64,000 bases of DNA from Methanocellaceae archaeon UBA148 (lineage in GTDB: Archaea; Halobacteriota; UBA148). This document shows positions 10,891-20,873 of this stretch, piece by piece (position 1 is the stretch's first letter; every line of letters starts with the position of its first letter). The position numbers and the translations under genes were made by a program. The notes beneath the pieces are model-generated. The model ran no database searches. It was given only the letters and a program-made list of their open reading frames with translations, and had not been told where the DNA came from. The stretch spans positions 19,022-83,021 of the forward strand of contig DAHG01000025.1 in NCBI GenBank assembly GCA_002495885.1. Reading direction: 5' to 3'.

Positions 10891-11967
10891 ATGATGCATA
10901 CCATCATAATCTGTATTGATAGGGATAATGACCTAGGACATAAAGTTGGAATTAAGGGTCCAGTTGTGGGTAGGGCTGATAATCTTGATGCTGCAACTAA
11001 GTTAGCATTATGTGACCCAGAGGATTCTGATACCAACACGATTTTTGGTGCAATCCAGATCTATGATAAGCTCAAGGCAGAGGGAGCTGATGTAGAGGTA
11101 GTATCCATTTGCGGTGATCAAGATGTTGGAGTTAAGTCGGATACGTTCATAGCAGACCAACTTGATGATCTCTCAAATAAATATGGCGTAAAAAATGCAA
11201 TCGTCGTGACAGACGGAGCAGAGGACGAATTTGTACTCCCTCTCATTGAATCTAGGTTCAAGGTTGACTCGGTGTGTAGAGTTGTAGTCAAACAGAGCCA
11301 GAATCTGGAGAGCATTTATTACATCATCAAGGAGTTGTTCAGTGATCCCAAGATATCCAGACCGTTTTTCATACCTGTTGGGCTGGCTTGTTTTATCTAT
11401 GCCGTTTCGGTGTTTGCAGGGTACCCTCAGGGAGCTATCATAGCCATCATGGCTTTTGTCGGCGTTTATATGGTCTTTAGAGGGTTTGGACTGGAGGATA
11501 TAATAGAGGATTTCACAGAGAACTTGAAACGTTCTTTCTATGGGGGGAGAATTTCGTTTGTTACATACGTATCTGCAGCGATCCTTGTTTTCATAGGCAT
11601 AACTCAAGGATTGGCAAGATGTTGGGAGCTAGAATCTCAGGGATTGTTGCTCGTCGTAATTTTCATCAATGCCGCAGTCTGGTGGTTTGTAGCCAGCGGT
11701 CTTCTCTCTTGGGTAGGGAGAATCATAGATTCATATCTAAGCAAAGAACGAGTCGGGCGATATTGGGTTCTGCCATTTTTCCTGTCAGCAACAGGTGTGG
11801 CTCTTTGGGGTGGATCTGCCTGTGCCATATTGCTCAGCCAGGGATTTCGCTCTGCTGCAATTCAATACCTTATGATCTCTATAGTTGGTGCAGTGATTAT
11901 AGCCTTCATCGGGGTTGGACTATCCACATACATACGGATGTTGGAAGGCAGACAATCTTCAAGCTAG
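10891..11967 (+). CDS. DUF373-family archaeal membrane protein
   Basis: N-terminal 'IICIDRDNDLG' soluble domain followed by a C-terminal multi-TM region. Confidence 0.55.
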   Translation: MMHTIIICIDRDNDLGHKVGIKGPVVGRADNLDAATKLALCDPEDSDTNTIFGAIQIYDKLKAEGADVEVVSICGDQDVGVKSDTFIADQLDDLSNKYGVKNAIVVTDGAEDEFVLPLIESRFKVDSVCRVVVKQSQNLESIYYIIKELFSDPKISRPFFIPVGLACFIYAVSVFAGYPQGAIIAIMAFVGVYMVFRGFGLEDIIEDFTENLKRSFYGGRISFVTYVSAAILVFIGITQGLARCWELESQGLLLVVIFINAAVWWFVASGLLSWVGRIIDSYLSKERVGRYWVLPFFLSATGVALWGGSACAILLSQGFRSAAIQYLMISIVGAVIIAFIGVGLSTYIRMLEGRQSSS

Positions 11968-12130
11968 TTTTCGGTTCTCATGGTGGCGAGCATTTTAAGG
12001 CTATTTCCAAAAAGTCATAGACTTATATAAAAATGTATTATAATTCTGATCTACTCATCCTTGAAGGCATCTGACCTAACAGAACGAATGAATGTAACAT
12101 TGCCCAAGAGCGAATTAAACAGATAGAAGC

Positions 12131-13819
12131 CTACACTTTTCTATCGACTCCGCGACCTTTCTGTTTTCCGTATAATTCTTGCACTCTCTGCACAGAATCT
12201 ACATCTTCCATTGATTTATCGCTTCTTATGCTGATCAATCTTGGGAACCTAAGGGCAAAACCTGATTCGTAATTCTGGCTTTTCTGAATCTCCTCATAGG
12301 CTATTTCAAACACAATTTCTGGTTTGATATCTATTTCTTTTCCGATTTCTGATATTATGAGATCCTTAAAAAGCTCGGTTAGTTCTGCTAGTTTTTCATC
12401 GGTAATTCCAGTTCCAACCCTCCCTATGCCAAGAAGCTCATTTGTATCCTCCTCCCTACAAGCCAACGAATATGAGCCTATGAGGTTCGCCCTTCTGCCC
12501 TCGCCCCATCCGGCTCCTATTACAGCTAGATCTAGCGTCTCCATTACTGGTTTTATTTTCAACCAATTCTTCCCTCTCTTGCCAGGTGTGTATGTTGATT
12601 TGGGGTTTTTGATCATCACGCCCTCGTGTCCCGCAGACAGCGCCTCTTTGTAAATGCTATCGATGACAGCGATATCACTTGTGATGGTCTGGGGCGCTAC
12701 GATGATCTTTGATGAGTGTTTCGTTTTTATGCTACTATCGAGGACTTTGCGCCTTTCAATCAAGGTAGAATCGATCAAACTCTGTCCATCGTACAAAACA
12801 TCAAATAAGCTCAGTAGAAATGGGATTTCCTTTGCCATTTGCTCCACGTCATATTTTCTTCTTAATCTCCTCAAAATATCTTGAAAAGGTCTCGGTTTAC
12901 CATCTTCGCCTATTGCGATCACTTCCCCATCGAGAATGGCTCGTTTAAAGGTCACATCTTTTTTGATCAAATTCACAATGTCTGGTAGAGATTTGGTGAT
13001 GTTTTCCAATTTCCTGGAGTATAGCTGTACTTCACCATCCATTTTATGAATCTGCATACGTGCACCATCGTATTTCCATTCTATGGCAACTTCACCCATT
13101 TCTTCTATTGCCGCCTCTTTGCTCTCGGCCACTTGCGCCAACATAATCTTGACGGGCCGACCGGGTTTTATATCTAAGCACTCTAGCCCCTCTACTCCTT
13201 CTTTTGCGGTCACGGCAACCAGTCCGAAATCGTTTGTCAGCATATATCCCCTTTCCACTAAGTTAACAGGAATGCCAAATGCATTTGCGATTGCATCCCG
13301 AACGGTGCCTTCCCCTACCCCTATGCGTAACTCCTCCAACACCAATCTGGCTATGTATCGTGCCTCCTTTGGCTTTGCAGAAATAAACAGTTCTGCTAGC
13401 ATCCTAACTTTTCTTTTCTGAGACCTTTTGCCCTCGAGTTGAGCAATGCTCTTGAAATTTCGGTAAACCTGCTTTACTGTCAACTCACTGGAGAAAAGTG
13501 GTTGCTGCACTCTTCTTGCACATAGGTCCTCGCAGGCCATGCCAACATCACCCCTTTGCCTGACGACCCCTTTGATCTGTCCCCTCTTAGTGCCTGTTGC
13601 CATGGCTATAGCATCGTAGAGAAGACTGGGACCCACGCCAAGCTCTTCTGCACTCCAAGCTGGGAAGATGCGACCCATGATGAAACGGGGCACGATCTTT
13701 AGCTCATCTGTATCCTGCAAAAGTTGGGAAACTACCTTAGTTATCTCCAGATTGCTCGTAATGCCTTCAAGCTTCTCGCATATCTCAGCGAACTCGATAA
13801 ATTTCATGATGACAAACAA
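12131..13819 (-). CDS. lig: ATP-dependent DNA ligase
   Basis: 562 aa with the adenylation motif 'KYDGARMQIHK' (KxDG) and an OB-fold C-terminus. Confidence 0.9.
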   Translation of the reverse strand: MFVIMKFIEFAEICEKLEGITSNLEITKVVSQLLQDTDELKIVPRFIMGRIFPAWSAEELGVGPSLLYDAIAMATGTKRGQIKGVVRQRGDVGMACEDLCARRVQQPLFSSELTVKQVYRNFKSIAQLEGKRSQKRKVRMLAELFISAKPKEARYIARLVLEELRIGVGEGTVRDAIANAFGIPVNLVERGYMLTNDFGLVAVTAKEGVEGLECLDIKPGRPVKIMLAQVAESKEAAIEEMGEVAIEWKYDGARMQIHKMDGEVQLYSRKLENITKSLPDIVNLIKKDVTFKRAILDGEVIAIGEDGKPRPFQDILRRLRRKYDVEQMAKEIPFLLSLFDVLYDGQSLIDSTLIERRKVLDSSIKTKHSSKIIVAPQTITSDIAVIDSIYKEALSAGHEGVMIKNPKSTYTPGKRGKNWLKIKPVMETLDLAVIGAGWGEGRRANLIGSYSLACREEDTNELLGIGRVGTGITDEKLAELTELFKDLIISEIGKEIDIKPEIVFEIAYEEIQKSQNYESGFALRFPRLISIRSDKSMEDVDSVQRVQELYGKQKGRGVDRKV

Positions 13820-14163
13820 TTAGGGCTCTAAGGGTATTATTCTTGCGATAATCAAGGGCATCATTACATTGTGATTTTTGTGGAAAAGTTGATTAGCATA
13901 TATAACTTAAAATATTTAGAAAGTTTGCATAAAAGGGAACAAGTAGATGACCATTGAAATGGAAACATTACTGCAAAGTATAGTTGGTATAACTGCTATA
14001 ATATCGGGTAAATAGATATCCAATTTTAAAATCGATTAATTCACTTTAACTTTCGCTATGTCACATCTTCGAAAGTAAAGTAAGCAACTTCCACTTAAGG
14101 CAATGTATATTTAAGGGGTTAACGTAATAAGGACATTGAAGGGGATATGGAGGGTAAATTAAA

Positions 14164-15033
14164 ATGAAAAAGATGGTGGCTGTTGTGATTTTTTTGGCTT
14201 TGATTACATGTGCTTTTTCAGGATGTGCAGAAGAGGGGTCAGTCGAACCAATGCCTGCACCAGCACCAATGCCTGCACCGATGCCTCCAACAATGACTAA
14301 ACAGGCAGATACAGCTATTTCTGTAGGAGGGGGAACAGCAGACTATCAGTATATTGATACTGATACAGATCAGAAGATAATCCACAGGGCTTCCTTGAGC
14401 ATCGAGGTAGTAGATTTCCAAGCAAGCTCTAACGCACTTATTCTAATAGTAGAGAGATCGGATGGTTTTGTTTCTGATTCTTACTCTTATGTCACAGGTA
14501 CTGGACTCAAGAGGGGGGATTTTACGCTCAGAGTGCCGACTGATAAATTTCTGTCGGTTATCTCAGAAATAGAACAGATTGGCGATGTAAAGTCAAAACA
14601 CACATCAGGACAAGATGTTACAGAAGAATATATCGATTTGAGGGCGAGAATTAACAATTCAGAGAGACAGGAGCAAAGACTATTAGAAATACTTGACATG
14701 GCCAATAATACCACGGAAGTTCTTGAAGTTGAAAGAGAAATATGGCGTGTTAGAGGTGAAATCGAACAGCTTACTGGTCGCATAAACTATCTTGAGAATC
14801 GCATTGAACTTGCGACGATTTCCGTTTCATTGTACGAGCAAGAACCGATAACGCATAGCTGGGGTATAAGGGACGCTTTTCGCGCTGCTTTCGAAGCTTT
14901 CGTGTCTGTGATAAGGGGATTTATAATCCTCATCGGATACGCCGTGCCAATATTAATCTTGGTTGGTCTCGGTTGGTTCATCAAATCGAGGTTGATGCCA
15001 AAATTACGGATGAAAGGCAAAGTTAAGGAATGA
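14164..15033 (+). CDS. DUF4349-type lipoprotein with a PA/PM-rich linker and a C-terminal TM anchor
   Basis: A signal peptide with a 'FSGC' lipobox, a 'PMPAPAPMPAPMPP' linker, a coiled-coil region, and a terminal TM segment. Confidence 0.6.
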   Translation: MKKMVAVVIFLALITCAFSGCAEEGSVEPMPAPAPMPAPMPPTMTKQADTAISVGGGTADYQYIDTDTDQKIIHRASLSIEVVDFQASSNALILIVERSDGFVSDSYSYVTGTGLKRGDFTLRVPTDKFLSVISEIEQIGDVKSKHTSGQDVTEEYIDLRARINNSERQEQRLLEILDMANNTTEVLEVEREIWRVRGEIEQLTGRINYLENRIELATISVSLYEQEPITHSWGIRDAFRAAFEAFVSVIRGFIILIGYAVPILILVGLGWFIKSRLMPKLRMKGKVKE

Positions 15034-15195
15034 TATAACCAAAAAATGTAGAATTGATGCGATAGGGCAATTTCATCATGGGCTGATAAGAAGAAGGTAT
15101 TTATTTAATTGTTAGGTTAGACATGAAGAATAAAATAAAGTAAAGCACGATTTTGTGATTTAAACTTCAAGGCCAATGTTATAGGTCAACTTACA

Positions 15196-16260
15196 TCATC
15201 CCAAAATCTCTTCTGTAGCTTTTGCGATTGCACTTGCCATTTCGCTGAGTCTCGCATTTCCACCTATATCATATGTGGTATTCCTTCCTTCTGAAATCAC
15301 CTTTTCAGTGGCTTGAAAGATCGCCTGAGCTTTCTCCTTTTCCCCTAAATACTCGAGCATCCACGCACCTGCAAGTATAGTTGCCGTTGGATTTACCTTG
15401 TCTTTTCCGGCATACTTAGGGGCAGAGCCGTGCGCAGGCTCAAACATAGCATATTTATCGCCAAAGTTTGCAGAATATGCCAGACCGATACTTCCTATCA
15501 GGGCAGCGCACTCCTCACTTATTATGTCCATGAACAAGTTGGTCGATAGTAGAATCTTTTGATTGAATATTTGGGGGTTTTTGATGAGCTGTTGGGCCAT
15601 GTTATCAACGTGATACTCCCATATTTCTATATCCGGGTAGTCCTTTCCGACCTTTTGAACCTCATCCACGAAAACTCCACAGGTCAGCTTTAGGATGTTG
15701 CTTTTGTGGATGGCCACTACAGCTCCTAAACCTCTATGCTTTGCCTCTTCGAATGCATATTTGGCAATCCTATTACATGCGGATCTGGTTATCCTCCGAA
15801 ATGCGATATATGTGTCCTCATCTTTTTGAATCTCAGACCCACAGTACAACCCCTCGGTCCCCTCCCTAACGCAGATAAAGTTAACATCGCCACATGGCTT
15901 CGGAGTATTTAAAAAAGTCTTTATTGGACGGACGTTTGCATATAGGTCAAATTTTTGTCTTATCGAGACAGCTACGCTTTTGAGTGTGCCTATCCCTCCA
16001 GGAGTGGTGGTAGGTCCTTTGAAACATGCATCAGATTCCTCTAAAATCCTCCAGGTTTCATCAGGAATCAATGACTTTCCATCATTTTTTTTCCACCAAT
16101 CAACGCCTGCATCGCACAAAATCAGCTCCAAGTCGTGATCTGTAGCATCTAAAACTTGGATTGCCATGTCGACCAGTTCTGGTCCAACCCCATCTCCCTT
16201 GATCACTGCTACTTTTTTGGTCATAGGCTCACTCCTGCTCGGAAAATCCACCTTTTGCAT
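15196..16260 (-). CDS. 3-isopropylmalate dehydrogenase / homoisocitrate dehydrogenase family enzyme
   Basis: 'KKVAVIKGDGVGPELVDMAIQVLDA' identifies the beta-decarboxylating dehydrogenase family. Adjacent to a LeuD/LeuC-type pair. Confidence 0.8.
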   Translation of the reverse strand: MQKVDFPSRSEPMTKKVAVIKGDGVGPELVDMAIQVLDATDHDLELILCDAGVDWWKKNDGKSLIPDETWRILEESDACFKGPTTTPGGIGTLKSVAVSIRQKFDLYANVRPIKTFLNTPKPCGDVNFICVREGTEGLYCGSEIQKDEDTYIAFRRITRSACNRIAKYAFEEAKHRGLGAVVAIHKSNILKLTCGVFVDEVQKVGKDYPDIEIWEYHVDNMAQQLIKNPQIFNQKILLSTNLFMDIISEECAALIGSIGLAYSANFGDKYAMFEPAHGSAPKYAGKDKVNPTATILAGAWMLEYLGEKEKAQAIFQATEKVISEGRNTTYDIGGNARLSEMASAIAKATEEILG

Positions 16261-16744
16261 TCAGGTATGGCATCAGCCCACTGGCATCCACCAAATCCTG
16301 CATGAATTTCGGGATCGGCTGAAATTTGTATTCCTCAGACTTCGTAATATTTCGGATGATCCCCCTATCGAAGTCCACCTCAAGCTCATCCCCTCGGCGC
16401 ACTTTAGACGCCACGCCACTACATTCGATTAGGGGTAAGCCGATATTAAAGCCATTCCTGTAGAATATTCTTGCAAAAGATTCGGCGATAATGCATGGGA
16501 CTTGACATGCTTTTATGACCAAAGGTGCCTGCTCGCGTGATGAGCCGCATCCAAAATTGCTATCAGCGACGATTATCGGATTCTTGATTTTTTTCGCATC
16601 TTCATAGAAGGTGGGGTCAATCGACTCAAAGGTATGCGATGCCAATTTTTTTGTGTCAAGTTCATCATACTTGTACTTTCCAGCTATGATCTCGTCAGTA
16701 TTCGCGTCCTTTGGAAAAATCCGTATTACTTGTCCTTTTATCAT
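16229..16744 (-). CDS. 3-isopropylmalate dehydratase / homoaconitase small subunit (LeuD/HacB family)
   Basis: 171 aa swivel-domain aconitase-family small subunit. Overlaps both neighbouring genes. Confidence 0.8.
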   Translation of the reverse strand: MIKGQVIRIFPKDANTDEIIAGKYKYDELDTKKLASHTFESIDPTFYEDAKKIKNPIIVADSNFGCGSSREQAPLVIKACQVPCIIAESFARIFYRNGFNIGLPLIECSGVASKVRRGDELEVDFDRGIIRNITKSEEYKFQPIPKFMQDLVDASGLMPYLNAKGGFSEQE

Positions 16745-17997
16745 CCCTTTATACTCCTTGGGTCTGTTATTTTTCCTGTTATAGCGCTAGCTGCAGCCGT
16801 GGCAGGACTACATAGGTAGATCTCAGATTTATCATTTCCCATTCGACCTTTGAAGTTTCTATTTTGGGTTGATAAAGCAACTTCTCCGTCTCCTAGGGCA
16901 ACGGTCCTCCCAATGCAGAAGCCACACCCTGGAGCTCCGATGGACGCTCCTGACCGCAAAAAAGTCTCTATGATGCCTTCACAAATGGCCTGAATTAGGA
17001 TGCTCCTGCTAGCAGGATATATCACCAATCTTGTATCTTTTACGACCTCTTTTCCTTTCAGTATCCCAGCAGCTATGCGAAGGTCTTCCATGCGACCATT
17101 GGTGCAAGAGCCAATGCAGACCTGATCTATTTCCATCCCTTCGAATTCGGCTACCGAAGCAACTTTGTCTACTCTGTGAGAGTGGGCTATCATCGGCTCC
17201 AAGCAAGACGCATCTATGGTGATTTCTTCTTTGTAGGTTGCATCCCTGTCTGGGCTCAAAGCCTTGTATTCATTGCCCCTTCCATGTGCCTCCAAAAAGC
17301 TCTTGACTTTTTCGTCCGCTATACACAACCCAGTCTTGCCTCCGGCTTCTATAGCCATGTTGCACATCGTCATTCTAGACTCTATACTCATTCTATCAAC
17401 GGTATCCCCTAAAAACTCCATAGACATATACGTTGCTCCTTCCGCGGTTATCTCTCCAATTATGTGTAAAATCACGTCTTTGGAATAAACGCGCTCTTTT
17501 AACTCTCCTACTACTTTGATCTTGAACGATTCTGGGACCTTGAGCCACGTCCTTCCATAGGCCATGATTGCCCCTACGTCTGTAGAGCCCATTCCAGTAG
17601 AGAAGGCACCAAGAGCGCCATGGGTACATGTATGGCTATCGCCTCCAATGATGATCTTCCAAGGGGCTGCAAATTTTTCTGCAACTATCTGGTGGCAAAT
17701 GCCATCCCCATTCTCAAAGAAATGGATTTTATTCTTCCAAGCGAATTCTCGCATGAGAGCGTGCACATTGGAGATTTTTTCGCTTGGGGATGGAGATGCG
17801 TGATCGCATATTCCCATGACTTTGTTTGGATCAAAAACATCTCGCGTCCCCAAAGTCTCCATTTGCTGAATGGCAAGTGGCATTGTTCCGTCATGAGCGA
17901 ACACTAAATCTATTGGTGTGACAATTATTTCACCAGCCACGATGTCAGTATTAGTTTTAGCTGAAAGTATTTTCTCAGCCATCGTTTGGTTGCTCAT
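16741..17997 (-). CDS. 3-isopropylmalate dehydratase / homoaconitase large subunit (LeuC/HacA family)
   Basis: 418 aa aconitase catalytic domain with 4Fe-4S cysteine ligands, including 'GSCTNGR'. Confidence 0.85.
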   Translation of the reverse strand: MSNQTMAEKILSAKTNTDIVAGEIIVTPIDLVFAHDGTMPLAIQQMETLGTRDVFDPNKVMGICDHASPSPSEKISNVHALMREFAWKNKIHFFENGDGICHQIVAEKFAAPWKIIIGGDSHTCTHGALGAFSTGMGSTDVGAIMAYGRTWLKVPESFKIKVVGELKERVYSKDVILHIIGEITAEGATYMSMEFLGDTVDRMSIESRMTMCNMAIEAGGKTGLCIADEKVKSFLEAHGRGNEYKALSPDRDATYKEEITIDASCLEPMIAHSHRVDKVASVAEFEGMEIDQVCIGSCTNGRMEDLRIAAGILKGKEVVKDTRLVIYPASRSILIQAICEGIIETFLRSGASIGAPGCGFCIGRTVALGDGEVALSTQNRNFKGRMGNDKSEIYLCSPATAAASAITGKITDPRSIKG

Positions 17998-18077
17998 AGA
18001 ATCATAGGTGATACACTTATTATATAGAAGTTTTTATCTTGGCTTAAGTAAAATAGGCAAAACAAAGGGACACGAAT

Positions 18078-18839
18078 ATGGGTACAAAGGTACAAATTTA
18101 TGAGGCTGCAGTTAAGTTGGCAGAGGAGATAAATGCCGCAGCGATCATCGTTACTGGTGATGCACAAAAGAGATTAGAGACGAAAATTCCGATTCTAGTT
18201 GCAATGCAAGAATGGCAAGGTGATTTGACTAGGATCTATAAACTGAGAGATGCTGTCTTAAGTGCGTATGTTGATGGCAAACTCAAGATGAACGACACCG
18301 TGGTTGGGATACTTGGCAATATGGTCATCGCATATGATCTGCGCGAAGAGCCGGTAATCCTAAGCTTGAATAAAAGCGCTGACAGGATCGCGCCGAAAGT
18401 GACTCAAGCCATTTTAGATGTAGCCCTAGAACTTGGATACGAAGGTAGGGAAGGCAAGAGTGTGGGAACTGCTTTTACCATAGGGGACACAGACGAAGTT
18501 CTCAAGAGGTCCCACCAGCTCATTCTCAATCCCTACGAGGGACATAGCGCTGAAGATAGAGATGTAACAAATCAAGATAATTGGGAAACGATAAAGGATT
18601 TTGCACAATTAGATGGGATGTTCGTCGTTGATGAGAATGGAAAAATCTTGGCTGCTGGCAGATATCTTGATGTGAATGCTGATGGTATAAAAATACAAAA
18701 AGGATTGGGTGGGCGACATATAGCGGCAGCAGCCATAACAAGGGATACAAATGCGATTGCCATCACTGTTTCACAAAGTGGTGGAACAGTTCGGACCTAT
18801 AAAGACGGACTACAAATAGCTGAGATAGAATCGCACTAG
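18078..18839 (+). CDS. dacZ: Diadenylate cyclase (archaeal DacZ-type, c-di-AMP synthase)
   Basis: The C-terminal DAC domain carries 'DGMFVVDENGKILAAGRYL', 'GGRHIAAAAITRDT' and 'ITVSQSGGTVRTYKDG' (the DGA..., RHRAA and SxxG motifs). Confidence 0.75.
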   Translation: MGTKVQIYEAAVKLAEEINAAAIIVTGDAQKRLETKIPILVAMQEWQGDLTRIYKLRDAVLSAYVDGKLKMNDTVVGILGNMVIAYDLREEPVILSLNKSADRIAPKVTQAILDVALELGYEGREGKSVGTAFTIGDTDEVLKRSHQLILNPYEGHSAEDRDVTNQDNWETIKDFAQLDGMFVVDENGKILAAGRYLDVNADGIKIQKGLGGRHIAAAAITRDTNAIAITVSQSGGTVRTYKDGLQIAEIESH

Positions 18840-19206
18840 GTAAAAATGAGTTGACCCGCTTTAATGGCTCTGTATCTAATTTATCCCTCGTTCAGCGTAG
18901 TTCTGATAAAATTATTTATTATATCAGCACTTTTGAACTCAAAACTATACTATATACACCAATTCGATGCAATCTAATCGCTGAAATCCCTTTCCTTTCA
19001 TATGACCCCCTGTTCTCATCATCTACGGGTACTTTTCAGGTAATCGATTCACCATTTACTTCTAACCTATAGTGTAGATATGATGAATTTTGGGGGGGCG
19101 ATCCAGTGCGTAGGATTTTATTTTTTCACTTAATCTGATTGAATCGTCGTATTTTTTTCCAATATTTTATTTTCCAAGATTTTTTTGGGGATATAAGTTT
19201 GTTATA

Positions 19207-19758
19207 TTATCTTGTATTATATTGTTTTGTATGCCCTACAATGGCTAACTTAGCATATTCTGGATCTATCTCTATGGCCTTGTCAAAGCATTTGACTGCC
19301 TCATCACGTTTTTCGAGATTTACCAGTGCAATGCCTTTGTTATGCCATGCTTCAGCATGGTTTGGATCTATCTCTATGACCTTGTCAAAGCATTCGATTG
19401 CCTCATCATGTCTTTTAAGAAATCCGAGTCCTGTGCCTTTGTTAGACCAGGCGTCAGTATGTTTTGGATCTGTTTCTAGGATCTTGTCAAAGCATTCGAT
19501 TGCTTCATCATATTTTTCAAGAATTCCCAGTGCAACTCCTTTTTTAGACCATGCATCAGCATGGTTTGGATCTAGTTGAGTAATGCGATCAAATACTTTT
19601 ATAGCTTCATCGTGAACTTCACGTTCCCCCAACCAAGCACCTACAACAAGCAGATCTCCTATATCGCTGACTTCAGTTAGTTCTAAAGCTTCATCTAATT
19701 TCCTTTCCTTAAGAAGCTTATTGATTTTCTCAATCCTCTTTTCTTCATTTTCAGACAT
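19207..19758 (-). CDS. TPR-repeat protein (about 4-5 tandem 34-aa repeats)
   Basis: Repeated '...DAW.NKG..L..L.R.DEAIECFDK.IEIDP' units. Confidence 0.75.
   Translation of the reverse strand: MSENEEKRIEKINKLLKERKLDEALELTEVSDIGDLLVVGAWLGEREVHDEAIKVFDRITQLDPNHADAWSKKGVALGILEKYDEAIECFDKILETDPKHTDAWSNKGTGLGFLKRHDEAIECFDKVIEIDPNHAEAWHNKGIALVNLEKRDEAVKCFDKAIEIDPEYAKLAIVGHTKQYNTR
19230..19580. repeat. DNA-level tandem repeat of ~102 nt encoding the TPR units
   Basis: Near-identical nucleotide blocks are visible. The antisense ORF 19139..19579 translates as a repeated 'AWFGSISMTLSKHSIASS' artefact. Confidence 0.6.
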
Positions 19759-20115
19759 TTTTATTCCTCGTGTACTCTATCAAGTAAGTGAAATGCCGGA
19801 TATTACATCATCATACAAAATTTACTATATATAAAATAAACGGAATTCGCGTTTTGTCCAACGTTGGAATTATGCATAAAATTTTGATTTGACATTTTGC
19901 TCATTACATTTAGTCTCCATTATAAAATCTATTGGTCTCTTTTTTCTTCTCCAATTATTCTTTCATATCATATTATTGTTTATCGCCCTCAGCATCCTGA
20001 ATAATACGCGTTGTCAACGTGTTGTATGCTATCTATTTATTAACCAGAAGAGTCAGATAAAAAAGGTAAGTGCTGAATGACGAAATAGCTATTTTTTTTT
20101 TTTACATATTATCGT

Positions 20116-20652
20116 CTACCTTTTTTGATTTAGACGTAGGTAAAATATCACGGCAAAAGCGTGACTGATTAAGGCAAATCCTATCCAAGACATCGTTTTT
20201 GATATTTCTAAGCCCACAAGGCATATTATGATTACACCGATGACTCCTATCGCTATCTCATATGGGATGCGACTTATGTATGCTATCCTGGGATTAACTT
20301 TTTCCACTAATGCGCCATAAGTTTTCCATTCTTTTGAATGTCTGGCCGTGTGCGCTAACCAAAACTGGTTAAGGTTATGGGATGCGGCCAAGAGCCCCAT
20401 CACAAACAGCATAATTGATGGATTCAGCCAAAAGGCAAACATCGCGCATAACACAAGATTTAAAGGTATCCAGCGTTTCCATCCGGCTCTTTTCGCGATC
20501 GGATTTAATTCCCACTCCAAGGTTGGAGTTAAATACCATGTGCTCAGTAGGTCTAAAGTTCTCCCAGTTACAGCGATAGCAAGGTTGATTAAGTACTGCC
20601 AAGGTGACAAAGTCAAGACAGTTACAATAAAATGATTTATCAAATGCGACAT
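20116..20652 (-). CDS. Hypothetical polytopic membrane protein
   Basis: 178 aa with 5-6 hydrophobic segments. No recognised motif. Confidence 0.4.
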   Translation of the reverse strand: MSHLINHFIVTVLTLSPWQYLINLAIAVTGRTLDLLSTWYLTPTLEWELNPIAKRAGWKRWIPLNLVLCAMFAFWLNPSIMLFVMGLLAASHNLNQFWLAHTARHSKEWKTYGALVEKVNPRIAYISRIPYEIAIGVIGVIIICLVGLEISKTMSWIGFALISHAFAVIFYLRLNQKR

Positions 20653-20873
20653 TTTTCGACCTCAACACATTTTTCCTTACTTTAACTCAGACTACACCCA
20701 AGATTCACGCATAATATTTTTTATTGTTTTGGAGATAAAGGCATCCAAAGAAAATTAAATATTTCAATAAATAAAATACAAAATGATAAAACCTCATGGA
20801 CAACATCCTTATATATTATAACATAAAGCTAGGTAAGACCTTTTATAGTTTATAGGTAAATAAGGAGTATTGC

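Noticed and set aside
20093-20103. T11 run resembling an archaeal oligo-T terminator
   Set aside because: No plus-strand gene ends just upstream. On the minus strand it reads as oligo-A. It is probably just an AT-rich spacer.
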